Shown in pieces: positions 1 to 10,808 of a stretch of 34,639 bases of DNA. The notes beneath the pieces were generated by a model. The model saw nothing but the letters and a program-made list of their open reading frames with translations. It was not told where the DNA came from and did not search any database. The stretch is taken from positions 95,009,779 through 95,044,417 of the forward strand of contig NC_068985.1 in assembly GCF_001194135.2 (NCBI RefSeq), given 5' to 3'. This DNA comes from Octopus bimaculoides. Lineage: Eukaryota. Position 1 is the stretch's first letter; the number at the start of each line of letters is the position of its first letter. A program made the translations under genes and the position numbers.

Positions 1-110
1 ATAGAATAAGTACTAGGCTTACAAAGAATAAGTCCTGGGTTCGATTTGCTCGACTACAGGCGGTGCTCCAGCATGACCAACGTCAAATGACTGAAACAGG
101 TAAAAGAGTA
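1..110 (+). mobile_element. SINE family A, 3' half (cut by the window edge)
   Basis: atagaataagtactaggcttacaaagaataagtcctggg...ggcggtgctccagcatg...gtcaaatgactgaaacaggtaaaagagta recurs at 4524-4688 and 10995-11145. Confidence 0.85.
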
Positions 111-343
111 CCAATAATATAAATAAAAACAACGAAGTAAAAGAAAAGAACGAAGAAAATTTAAAAAAAGAACGCAGAGGAAAGGACAAAGAAAGGGGGG
201 AAGGAAGAGAGAACAGATGATAATTTGCTTTTAAGGTGTTAGTTTGACAGCATGGGTGAAGAGACGACATAGATCTCTCCATGATTTCTTGGGATATTCG
301 CTGCAGTATAAGAAGTATCCAGACATTCTAAACAACACAAGCC

Positions 344-495
344 GGGCTCGATAAATTAAGTACCAGTTACGCACTGGGGTCGATGGAAGTGACTTAATCC
401 CTTTGTCTGTCCTTATTTGTTTGACTAAAGGTTTGTTTGCCTAAATACGCTGCTCCAGCATGGCTGCTGTCAAATGACCGACATAAATTAAAGAA
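344..495 (+). mobile_element. Chimeric SINE fragment: family B 3' part joined to family A tail
   Basis: 344-420 (tcgataaattaagtaccagttacgcactggggtcgat) matches family B copies at 6896 and 19368. 421-495 (gactaaagg...gctccagcatggctgctgtcaaatgac) matches the family A tail. Confidence 0.75.
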
Positions 496-915
496 TTAAA
501 CAATAAAAGAAAAACAGACGATTACTTAGTTTGTTAGATATTTAACCAATTGACTAATAATAAAGTAGAATTGAACCAGTACGTGTTATATTATCATTGG
601 CGTGACGACTCTCGAAAGAAAAACCAAATTAGTTTCAGCATCCGAATTCATATAATGAATCTTGCAAACCAATACAAAGATGAATTAGGAATATGTTTTC
701 TACTTTTGGTTGCGTATGTCTAAATATCTCGTCTTTTGGTATCACTGAACGTTAATGGGCGTATATTAGTGTGTGTATCAATTTACACATCAATTTAATA
801 CAATCATTGCGAACGCGCGAAGTATGTAAATAAAGGTTATTTTAAAATCAGCAGGACATAATTTGAACGTATAAACAATTAACATTTATTCCCTAAACAA
901 CAATTATTGACGATG

Positions 916-1188
916 CTATTTATTGCTGTGATCTAGCGTATGCTTAGGGAGAAAATGTTTAGACAAAGTGTAGTCAGTTGAGATAATTTTTTCAGAGTAT
1001 GATTTAAACTTTGACAAAGAAATCATTTGGGACGGAATTATGCGTGAGCGAAAGGGAAAAATAATTTTAGAGGTCAGATGTTGGTTTATATTTAGGAGGA
1101 AAGACATGAATGGAAACACAAATACAATCAGGGATGTTACTATCTCGTTTTTAGACAATAAGAATTCTCCGACGCCAATGTACGTCAC
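916..1188 (-). mobile_element. Possible degraded CR1/L2 LINE RT C-terminal fragment
   Basis: IIPSQMISLSKFKSYSEKI weakly resembles the (W)NxLPxxxVxxxSxxxFKxxL tail of CR1/L2 ORF2. No other motif is present. Confidence 0.25.
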
Positions 1189-1299
1189 TTAACGATAGAA
1201 ATGGTAATATATTCCCAGCGGAGTGTTTGATTCAGACACAGTAAATCTAGCGTGAATTACACTTAAGAGATGAATAAAGCACTGTGACAATTATACATA

Positions 1300-1402
1300 C
1301 AAGCATATAGATACATATCTACATATATACATGCACACACATGTATACACGCATATTTATATATGTATACATATATAAGATATATATATATATATATATA
1401 TA
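1300..1402. repeat. (AT)/(AC) microsatellite leading into an assembly gap (1403-1982)
   Basis: Read directly from the sequence. Similar microsatellite-bounded gaps lie at 8021-8721, 12570-12957, 13732-14605 and 18887-19065. Confidence 0.95.
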
Positions 1403-1982
1403 NNNNNNNNNNNNNNNNNNNNNNNNNNNNNNNNNNNNNNNNNNNNNNNNNNNNNNNNNNNNNNNNNNNNNNNNNNNNNNNNNNNNNNNNNNNNNNNNNN
1501 NNNNNNNNNNNNNNNNNNNNNNNNNNNNNNNNNNNNNNNNNNNNNNNNNNNNNNNNNNNNNNNNNNNNNNNNNNNNNNNNNNNNNNNNNNNNNNNNNNNN
1601 NNNNNNNNNNNNNNNNNNNNNNNNNNNNNNNNNNNNNNNNNNNNNNNNNNNNNNNNNNNNNNNNNNNNNNNNNNNNNNNNNNNNNNNNNNNNNNNNNNNN
1701 NNNNNNNNNNNNNNNNNNNNNNNNNNNNNNNNNNNNNNNNNNNNNNNNNNNNNNNNNNNNNNNNNNNNNNNNNNNNNNNNNNNNNNNNNNNNNNNNNNNN
1801 NNNNNNNNNNNNNNNNNNNNNNNNNNNNNNNNNNNNNNNNNNNNNNNNNNNNNNNNNNNNNNNNNNNNNNNNNNNNNNNNNNNNNNNNNNNNNNNNNNNN
1901 NNNNNNNNNNNNNNNNNNNNNNNNNNNNNNNNNNNNNNNNNNNNNNNNNNNNNNNNNNNNNNNNNNNNNNNNNNNNNNNNNN

Positions 1983-2250
1983 ACAAGAAAACAAACAGAA
2001 AAGGCTTTACGGCCAGACGAGAAAAATTGTTTGTGTGTGAACGCTGTGAGGCACGAACTTGAAAGTAGGGACGAAATGGTTCGTGTGTTTGCTCGGCGAC
2101 AGGCAAGGAAGAAAAGGATTATTGACCGGAAGCATGTGACCATGCCAGTGTAAGGGGAAGAGAGAGAGAGAGTGGCAGAGGAAGAAATGGGAAATGTTAA
2201 AAAAGAAACAGAAAATGTACGTTGAATAAAAACAATAAAGGCTGTGTAAA
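1983..2250. repeat. Probable interspersed-repeat fragment with a purine-rich tract, next to the Penelope fragment
   Basis: GC-richer than its flanks, with an (AG)n tract, and adjacent to the PLE 3' region. No recognisable protein motif. Assignment rests on recall and context. Confidence 0.35.
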
Positions 2251-2339
2251 GAAAAGCAAAGATATATACATACAATCAGATGATTTGTAGTGGAATTATG
2301 AGGTTTAAAATCATTATTATGAATCATCGATTTCCAAAC

Positions 2340-3085
2340 GGTGTTGGGTCTAATAGTACCTCAGGGAAAAGATTACATGGAGGGGAAGTAAGCAGTTCTG
2401 GAAGTGATGTAATTAAGGTTGATATAAATACTGGAATATGAATGGTGTATGGGATGTATGGAAATTAGTGGTATTATTGGTAAGGTTTGTAGTGTCCTTT
2501 ATTAAGTTGTGTGCTCATGTTGAGCTGTAGATGATATTTATTGATGAAAGTTGCCTCTATATTTAATCTTTGCTGTAATGAGGTGTTCTGTGTACATTGA
2601 TATAAAGGGAAAATTAGGAAGTTAGGTTTAAGGTCCCTACCACATCTTTCTATGTATTCCCTGACTTGTATCTGTCTGTATTGTGGGTAGCGGGTTTGTT
2701 CTTTGTGAAGAATTGTTCTTCGTCCGAGTGACATTCCTGTTTGTCTTATATAGTGATTTCTGTACCCTTAGCAGGTAATAACATCGATTACGTTTTCAGA
2801 GGCGCAGGTGAAATTTGATTATATCTTAAATATTTCACCTTGTTCAAAGTGAAACTCTGTACCCTTCGAAAGGTGGGGGCATGTGCCACAGTTAGGCCGC
2901 CCGCATTGTTTCACATTTGGTTCCGTTTGCGCTGGTTAATATTTTTTCAATGATTTCGGTTGCATTTTGCTCTTGATAATTTTATGTTAGCCTAAAATGT
3001 TATTCATTATTTTATCTCCAGGGAGAATGGGAAGATTTTGGATGATGATATTGAAAACCTCATTGTTTGTAAGGGTGAGGCCTTC
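2340..3085 (-). mobile_element. Penelope-like element (PLE) 3' fragment: RT-EN linker, Zn-finger cysteines and GIY-YIG endonuclease; degenerate
   Basis: The minus strand translates, across stops and frameshifts, as NNEVFNIIIQNLPIL...KIIKSKMQPKSLKK...CGRPNCGTCPH...FTCASENVIDVITC*GYRNHYIRQTGMSLGRRTILHKEQ...IEATFINKYHLQLN. This matches the PLE CxxxxCxxC linker plus a degenerate (N)VIY...YIGQT GIY-YIG motif and the terminal E...LN. Confidence 0.88.
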
Positions 3086-4523
3086 AACATCATCGTATAT
3101 ATAGATTTTCTCCTCCTTGCAAGTTTCAAATTGGATCTCTCAAATCATTCATATATTTTTGGCTTAAACATTTTCTTAACCTACGATGCTGACCAGACTT
3201 ACAAAACGCAAACTTCAATCAAATTGACGGATTTGTGCACTGAAACTTACTTAGAAACTTATCCTTGATATTTACGAATTGGAAGCCTTCTGTATTTATT
3301 TTACGAATTGGCGACAAAAACGCACACTCTTTAATTAAAGAAGTTTTCATGGTATGAGACACGAAACATTTTAGTCAACGAAAATAATTCATATTAATGT
3401 TCACTTAAAGCTCAAATCTTGGACATGTTGTTGTTATGCTCTCAGTTATCTTGGATGCAGGGAAAGTTCATTTCAGTTCTGTAAAATAGGATTAACTTTC
3501 AAATCGTTTAGAAAGTAAAATGAGGTACAATCTCAAACAGAATTATGCATGTATGAGTTTTTACCCATACGTACGCAGTTCATAGAAATATGCTTAAATA
3601 GAGTTCCTATGTTTAAGATATAGATACAAAGATATTTGTAACTCATACACACCGAATCATATCTAACTCCATCTTAACACTGAAAATATCAAAACGATAT
3701 GTATTAATATTAGGTATATTTCTGTATCCTAGATAGAAATTCAGCGTGTAACATTACCTATTTATAAAATGCTACCTGTGTACATATACACATGCGTGTG
3801 CGTGTGTGGTTGTTTTTACTATCAAGAAAAAACAAGAATTTAAAAAAATGTTATACTATAGATTAATTTTAAATATATTAACAGATTCTGAGTAAAAATG
3901 CGTCATTTATATGGATATAAAATGGATTTTTGATAGAATACGCAATCATGAAATTCATTTCTCATTAAATATTTCTGCAAGTGATAAACACTCTAGAATT
4001 TCTACGTCCTTGTTAAATAATAATCTATATCTTATTCATGATAATATTTCCCTGTTTAAAATAAACAAGCTCATTAACTGTATAATTATATGTGCAAAAA
4101 TTATAACCATTCTCATATTCCGATAATTGGATTCATGCAACATCATTTTATCGCACATAAATTGAATACAATTATGTAATAATCTGATATCTAACTGCAT
4201 TTTCATAGATTACTAATTCAGTAACGTAATACGTAAGTGTATTAATAATTGGTTAATTATGTTTATCGTTATAACATACGTACATAAAAGTAATATGTAA
4301 CTCCAAACAAACCTTTGTGTATTTTTTAATGTGTATATATAAATAATAAAATTCAAACAATTTATTAAATTCTTTGTTCTTCAACAGAAACAATGCATTT
4401 ACTGTTGTTAAAAAATATTGTTGCAGAATATATTTATAGAAGATCCGATTAGAATATAAAAATCCTAATACGTACATTATAATATTTCTTGGTCTCACAA
4501 TTCATAAACAAGTAAGCTATTCG

Positions 4524-4688
4524 GATTGCTGCTGTGTTTCCATCCCCGTAACTTAGTGGTTCGGCAAAATAGACCGATAGAATTAGTACTAGACTTCCAA
4601 AGAATAAGTCCTGGGTCCGATGTGCTCGACTAATGGCGGTGCTCCAGCATGGAGGCAGTCAAATTACTGAAACAAGTAAAAGAGTAAA
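4524..4688 (+). mobile_element. SINE family A, 3' half
   Basis: Clear match to 1-110 and 10995-11145 (ccccgtaacttagtggttcggcaaaa...gctccagcatgg...gaaacaagtaaaagagtaaa). Confidence 0.88.
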
Positions 4689-4852
4689 TGCCCTTGCAGC
4701 AGTTTAGTGGATCCACTTCTCTGCCTGAAGAGGTGTACTGTATACTACACGGCGGGTGTCGAAGTGATCGTAGAGCAACGTTAGATGTAGTAGAGGAAAA
4801 CTAATCGATAACATCAACCTTCGTACTCGACAAGTACATATATTATATACCA

Positions 4853-4965
4853 CGAGATCGACTTTGCCTTTTATTCTTTCGGAGTCGATGAAATAAGAAA
4901 CTTCTGAGCACTTTAGTTGAAGAATCGATTAACACCCTGCACGCAAAATTTCAGCTTTTGCAACT
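4853..4965 (+). mobile_element. SINE family B, 5'-truncated and degenerate, followed by an (ATC)n tail
   Basis: gagatcgactttgccttttattctttcggagtcgatgaaataag...aatcgatt...caaaatttcag aligns with the centre and 3' end of the 6896-7100 copy. Confidence 0.7.
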
Positions 4966-4968
4966 TTG

Positions 4969-4970
4969 TT

Positions 4971-5018
<48 letters not shown>

Positions 5019-5057
5019 GTCGTCATCATCATCATCGTCATCATCATCATCATCATT

Positions 5058-5118
<61 letters not shown>
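4969..5118. repeat. Compound microsatellite (ATC)n/(GTC)/(ATT)n
   Basis: Read directly from the sequence. Confidence 0.98.
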
Positions 5119-5119
<1 letters not shown>

Positions 5120-5560
5120 GGGAGAGAGCAGCGCATTCCATCACAGTGCCACTGAGGTACAAATATATGAAACCCAATATATCTACAATGACAATCTGTC
5201 TGATAAGGTTACACGAGGCACATGCATCACAACCACATGTGCGCGACATGGTCACATGACCTTGCAGCTGGCGCCGAGTTAGAATTTTCTTCAGGTCGAG
5301 TAGCCTATTCCGCGCAAAAGGTCTGCGAATAAAGGTTATTTTATGATGTTGAACAAAGCGCCCATGTTTCCAGAGTTGCATTATTCAAACCCCAAAGAAT
5401 TCCTCTCAGGATATGGCTATGATCCACCCCAACGGCCTCTTCTCTTGATTAAAGCTGCACATATTGTAAGCCATTAAGGAGTACGCTGAACTGGTTAAGC
5501 TCAGGCAAATAACAAACAAATCTGTGGTATTGAGCAGAATGTTGGCTGTAACCCATCTGT
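5119..5560 (-). mobile_element. Probable 3' UTR of a non-LTR retroelement ending in a (TAA)n tail
   Basis: A GC-richer, non-coding segment whose minus strand ends ...gctgctctccca-taataataat. I recall it as a common octopus repeat, but the family is not identifiable from the sequence alone. Confidence 0.5.
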
Positions 5561-5663
5561 TGTTTGATTTACGTTCGTTCTTATTCCTGGTAGTATTTAT
5601 GTGGGAAATGGTTTACTACGTTTAAATTTAGATATCCACAAGCTTTCAATGGGCTTTGAAGTG

Positions 5664-5822
5664 ATTAAAACCTTCCTGATAATCCTTCCTGTTCCTAAAA
5701 GCAAACCTTCTGTAGAAGCTCTGCAGGACATTTTATTCCAATCTTCCTCAACGATTTTCTATAGCTTCGCTCACAGTTTCTAATGCACCGATTATTACAC
5801 TGATTATTATAGTTTTCATACT
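5664..5822 (-). mobile_element. R4/Dong-type non-LTR retrotransposon, extreme ORF C-terminus (copy 3; not in the ORF track)
   Basis: With two single-base frameshifts it reads SMKTIIISVIIGALETVSEAIEN/LRKIGIKCPAELLQKVC/LGTGRIIRKVL. This is the V(V/I)IGALG...LQKxxLLGTARIxRKVL terminus of R4-clade ORFs. Confidence 0.8.
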
Positions 5823-5824
5823 TC

Positions 5825-6610
5825 AAATAAAAAAAAAATGCACCGGAGTCTTTAGTCATCTGTCAAGTCACAAGGACCTCAAATAGATAATACTTTCTTG
5901 AAGATGTGTGCTGTGCCCAATAAGGCTGCTTTTTGAAAGACATCAATCTTGCATGGAATTTCCAGTTGCTTTAAGAAGTATTGAAGTTTCAATGGGATTG
6001 AGCCCAACGCTCCGTTCAGCACTGGTATCACTTTTACATTACCTTCTCGCATTCCATACAGCCTTGCCAATTCCACTTTCAATTCGGAATACTTGGTGAT
6101 TTTTTTCAACCTCTTTACTCATAACATTCATGTCATTTGGTATGGTGACATCAATGAACTGACAGTATTCGTCACTCTTATTCAATATGACAATATCTGA
6201 CCGACGGTGTTCGATTACACGATCCGTCTGAAAATTATAGTCCCAGAGTAGTGTTACTTTTCCATCCTCCTGCATAACTTTACCTGGTACATGCTCATAC
6301 CAGTTCTCTCGTACTTGCTATTGGTATTTACAGCATAAGAACCAATGAAGATACACTCAACCCATGCCCACGATGCTGTATTATCCTTAACGTCCTGTGT
6401 ATTCCTTTCAAACTGTTCATGCATTCTCATTTCAAGGAGGTCTTCTTTTCTCTTCTCCTCCGCTCTTTGGATAAACTCTTCCTTGCCCATCATTTAATCT
6501 ACATTTACACCCATACCTTTCGCGGCATATTGCAGCACGTCTTCATCACTATTTATCAAATACTCGGCAAGCATTCTCCTTTCACTCTTTATACAATGTC
6601 TATACCAATT
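5825..6610 (-). mobile_element. R4/Dong-type non-LTR retrotransposon 3' fragment (copy 1): post-RT region plus restriction-like endonuclease, with the CCHC knuckle deleted
   Basis: Reads CIKSERRMLAEYLINSDEDVLQYAAK...MRMHEQFER...SWAW...TNSKY/WYEHVPGKVMQEDGKVTLLWDYNFQTDRVIEHRRSDIV..FIDVTIPND..KYSELKVEL..VIPVLNGALG..FQKAALLGTAHIFKKVLSI*. The stop is at 5879 and a short 3' UTR follows. Confidence 0.93.
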
Positions 6611-6655
6611 CTTCTTCTTCTTCTTCTTCTTCTTCTTCTTCTTCTTCTTCTTCTT

Positions 6656-6686
<31 letters not shown>

Positions 6687-6687
6687 A

Positions 6688-6744
<57 letters not shown>

Positions 6745-6749
6745 CATCT

Positions 6750-6805
<56 letters not shown>

Positions 6806-6827
6806 GTCGTCGTCGTCGTCGTCGTCG

Positions 6828-6888
<61 letters not shown>

Positions 6889-6895
6889 TATTATT
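6609..6895. repeat. Compound microsatellite (TTC)n-(ATT)n-(GTC)n-(ATC)n
   Basis: Read directly from the sequence. Confidence 0.98.
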
Positions 6896-7100
6896 AGCGA
6901 GCCGGCAGAATCATTAACACACAGGGCAAACTACTCTCCGGTATTCTGTCTGAAGTTCAAATTCTTCCGAGGTTGAGTTTATCTTTCATCCTTTTCGGAT
7001 CAACAAATTAAGTACCAGTGAAACACTGGGGTAGATGTAATCCACTATGCCCTTCCCCAAAATTTCAGGCCCATTGTGGCTTAATAGAAAGAATTATTAT
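6896..7100 (+). mobile_element. SINE family B, near full length (tRNA-derived head)
   Basis: A-box-like cggcagaatc and B-box gttcaaattc (6955-6964). Central ctttcatccttttcggatcaacaaattaagtaccag. Ends in an (ATT)n tail. Confidence 0.88.
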
Positions 7101-7273
7101 TATAATTATATTATTTTTCTTCTTCAAATGTTCTTCCATTCTCGCCGAGTGTTTTCCGTACACCTAGGACAGAGAAGCTCATTGTATGCATTCCCAGTTT
7201 ACACACGCAAATTCACAAGTAAAATACGTATTTAAAAAATTAATAAAGAAATAAATTCATGAATGGATATTGC

Positions 7274-7338
<65 letters not shown>

Positions 7339-7362
7339 GTAGTAGTAGTAGTAGTAGTAGTA
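7274..7362. repeat. Compound microsatellite (ATT)n-(AGT)n; the tail or target of R4/Dong copy 2
   Basis: Read directly from the sequence. It abuts the element's 3' end on the minus strand. Confidence 0.97.
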
Positions 7363-7965
7363 ATTTATTATATGTGTACAGCTTCTAACGCTGGAGGTGT
7401 ACTACGGTGTCAGCTGTTCACTATCAGCAAACTAAGGGAACACCCCCTAGTTTCCGAGCACCATCCGAAATATTCGAGCGTTTCCGAGTAGAGTTGTTTT
7501 ATGCAAGTGCTCCACCCTTATTGCAGGCCCTGTTTGTTCCATGTACTTCTCGAGATTTTTATTCACTGTTCCCTGGTCTATCTATCGACTTTTCTTTCTT
7601 CCTTATCGCCTACCTGTTTGTCAGCTGGGTATGCTATATCTATGATCCAATATCGCTTGCTTTCTTTCTCAATTAACACTATGTCTGGTTTCTTTTCCTC
7701 TATCTCATGGTCGCATTGGATCATAAAATCCCATAGAATCTTTACATTACCATTTTCGATGATGCCTTCGGGTTTGTGTTCGTACAACTGTTTTGCTCTG
7801 TCAAGTCCATACTTGTTGCAAAATGTCCAACAGACAATCCTTTCTATGTTGTCATGACGCCTCTTATATTCTTTCTGGGCTAGTGGCATACATTGACTGG
7901 TGATATGCCATACGGTTTCACCATTTTGTCCGCACATTCTGCATTCATCACTTTCAGTTTTGCTG

Positions 7966-7967
<2 letters not shown>
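7363..7967 (-). mobile_element. R4/Dong-type non-LTR retrotransposon 3' fragment (copy 2): CCHC zinc knuckle, RLE endonuclease and 3' UTR
   Basis: Reads CRMCGQNGETVWHITSQC (C-x2-C-x8-H-x4-C), KRRHDN, KILWDF, KPDIVL, IIDIAYP, K..KVDR. After a deletion it continues GTVNKNLEKYMEQTGPAIRVEHLHKTTLLGNARIFRMVLGN* (stop 7447-7449). Confidence 0.95.
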
Positions 7968-8020
<53 letters not shown>

Positions 8021-8721
8021 NNNNNNNNNNNNNNNNNNNNNNNNNNNNNNNNNNNNNNNNNNNNNNNNNNNNNNNNNNNNNNNNNNNNNNNNNNNNNNNN
8101 NNNNNNNNNNNNNNNNNNNNNNNNNNNNNNNNNNNNNNNNNNNNNNNNNNNNNNNNNNNNNNNNNNNNNNNNNNNNNNNNNNNNNNNNNNNNNNNNNNNN
8201 NNNNNNNNNNNNNNNNNNNNNNNNNNNNNNNNNNNNNNNNNNNNNNNNNNNNNNNNNNNNNNNNNNNNNNNNNNNNNNNNNNNNNNNNNNNNNNNNNNNN
8301 NNNNNNNNNNNNNNNNNNNNNNNNNNNNNNNNNNNNNNNNNNNNNNNNNNNNNNNNNNNNNNNNNNNNNNNNNNNNNNNNNNNNNNNNNNNNNNNNNNNN
8401 NNNNNNNNNNNNNNNNNNNNNNNNNNNNNNNNNNNNNNNNNNNNNNNNNNNNNNNNNNNNNNNNNNNNNNNNNNNNNNNNNNNNNNNNNNNNNNNNNNNN
8501 NNNNNNNNNNNNNNNNNNNNNNNNNNNNNNNNNNNNNNNNNNNNNNNNNNNNNNNNNNNNNNNNNNNNNNNNNNNNNNNNNNNNNNNNNNNNNNNNNNNN
8601 NNNNNNNNNNNNNNNNNNNNNNNNNNNNNNNNNNNNNNNNNNNNNNNNNNNNNNNNNNNNNNNNNNNNNNNNNNNNNNNNNNNNNNNNNNNNNNNNNNNN
8701 NNNNNNNNNNNNNNNNNNNNN

Positions 8722-8752
<31 letters not shown>

Positions 8753-8905
8753 ACGAGCTCCTTCAGTTTCAGTCTGCTGAATCCACTACGAGGATTTGGT
8801 CGGCCCGAGGCTATAGTAGAAGACACTTGCACAAGGTGCCACGCGGTAAGACTGAACCTGGAACCGTGTGGTTGAGAAGCGAGCTTCTTACCACACAATC
8901 GCCAC
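8722..8905 (-). mobile_element. SINE family A, 5' half (tRNA head plus CORE-like block) running into its internal (TA)n
   Basis: The reverse complement gtggcgattgtgtggtaagaagc...ggttccaggttcagtc..cgtggcaccttgtgcaagtgtcttctactatagcctcgggccgacc matches 10809-10919. Confidence 0.88.
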
Positions 8906-10604
8906 AAATATATGGTGAGATAATTCCTCAGTAATATATTGGTTTTGCAAAATAAACCTTTTTGCCTGTATATATCTACGTTTGTGTATAATTGTTCGTA
9001 GATGGGCTCATCTCCACTGTCAGCACACATTTTTTTTAATGTAATAAGAATGTGGACAGAAGCAAACAAAATATTCAACCGAAAGAAAACAAAACAAAAA
9101 ATATAAATATTCTGCCAACAGTTGTCTAGAACTTCTTTCAATGAATATGAATGTCTTATGGTAATTTGGAACTTTATTTACACATGATACCAATGGAAAT
9201 CTTACTGATAGTTAATGTTACAATATATGCATGAAAAACATATAGAATAATAAATTTATTTAAAAATTATTATTTTACATTAAGATCACAGAAATATATT
9301 TTAATATGAAAAAGAACATAAATTGTAAGCATTATAACAGAATACATAACCGTTTTCTGAATGATGAGTAAACAGATATTTATATATGGCAGATAATTCA
9401 CAGCCAAAATTGATGATATTTCGTTAGGAGTGTAGAGGAGTCATAAAATATATATACATAAATTATATATATTCATGTTTTATGCTGTTTGGAAATACAT
9501 TATTAAATTTATTTAACTGAAATTGAGACATTTCATTTAGATATTGATTATGTATTCGATTTTTAATTAACGATTTTTAAGTAGGTTTATATACATAGAT
9601 GTATATTTAAAATAAATTGATTTCGTCACTTATTCAAGTTTAGAATAAGAATCAGTGAAGTCGCTAAATGATTGAGAAAATACTAACGTGTTACAATTGA
9701 AATGAAGAAAATATCGGATATACATATTTCTAAATATAGCGATTTAATATTAATATTTTTAATAATAACAATAATATTTCACCTCCGTTATATCTAAATG
9801 AAACACATTATTACGAACTCTATAAATATTATCGATTCAAATATGAATCGACAAATAATTCAAATATCTGAAAAGACTTTAAAAGAACAGCTTCCTATTT
9901 CTCTATTATTCATTGAATTGTAATCTTTTATTCATCATCAAAGTGTTGGTTACTGTTTAATGGTTTTAACTCCATGTGTTTTTGTCTATTTATTTATATT
10001 ATTTTTATATTTCTTGATTATACTTTAGTTATGAGAACACAGTAAGAAGAGAAAGTAAATACATAGTTATATGTTGATGTATTTTTAAGGCTGAAAGAAA
10101 AAGAAATCGAAGAGAAATAATATAGATGTAATGAATATCTCTATACTGATTCGACCGCTGATGTGTAGCTCTAATTAGAATTCTAATTTTACAATATTTA
10201 CATATTAATTAAATGACCATAATTATAATAATTGACACACATTTGACACATAAAGTATAAATATTCATTTTCCGTAACAAAGGAAATCACATGTACACAC
10301 AAATACAACTCTTCCTCCGGAAAGAGATGTTTGCACATAATGAACACTTTCGAATAATATATGCATTTCCGCATGTAATACGGCCATCCTAAATCTACCG
10401 AAATCTTGTTAACAAAAGCAATTGCAAGAGTAATAATAATCGCATAAAATATTTTTTAAATATCAGTAATGATAGTAAAAGACACCGACACCATTGCTCA
10501 ATTGATATTTATGTTACCGACCGTCAAGGGAGGAAGGAGAATAACGACAAGTATAAAAACTTCTAAAATAAAAAATAAAAAAAAAATAGATTGATACTTC
10601 TATT

Positions 10605-10672
10605 ATTGTACCCCCCAAAATGAAGAAATTCAGTATCAACCTTACGGAGATTTGAACTCAGAGCATTAGGAG
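10605..10672 (-). mobile_element. Degenerate SINE family B fragment
   Basis: atgaagaaattcagtatcaaccttacggagatttgaactcagagc resembles atgaaaggcaaagtcaatctcggcggaatttcaactcagaac at 19490. Confidence 0.45.
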
Positions 10673-10808
10673 GAGGAATCAGGCAGGGCTTTTCCTTGAA
10701 AAGCGTGTGAAGCGTTATTAAAATCCAAATAGGAAAGTTGAGAAAAGCATTTTCTTCTGAATCCTACAGTCAACATCTTTATCAAGTATTTTGTACATAA
10801 CTTGCACC

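Noticed and set aside
1263-2275. Long ORFs spanning N-gaps (also 7578-9141, 10782-11224, 12513-13013, 13691-14608, 18735-19176, 28870-29281)
   Set aside because: They are open only because N codons contain no stops, and the flanks are (AT)n/(CA)n. The one real coding piece (7578-7967) is the R4/Dong fragment.
4917-5381. Poly-His, poly-Ser, poly-Asp and poly-Ile ORFs (likewise 6419-6976, 6589-6888, 7270-7491, 25191-25548, 31513-32023)
   Set aside because: These are translations of trinucleotide microsatellites, open in several frames and on both strands, with no domain or splice support.
6896-6970. tRNA-like sequences with A/B boxes (also 8845-8905, 19500-19578, 30335-30408)
   Set aside because: They are SINE heads. 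They continue into SINE bodies and have no complete cloverleaf or acceptor stem.
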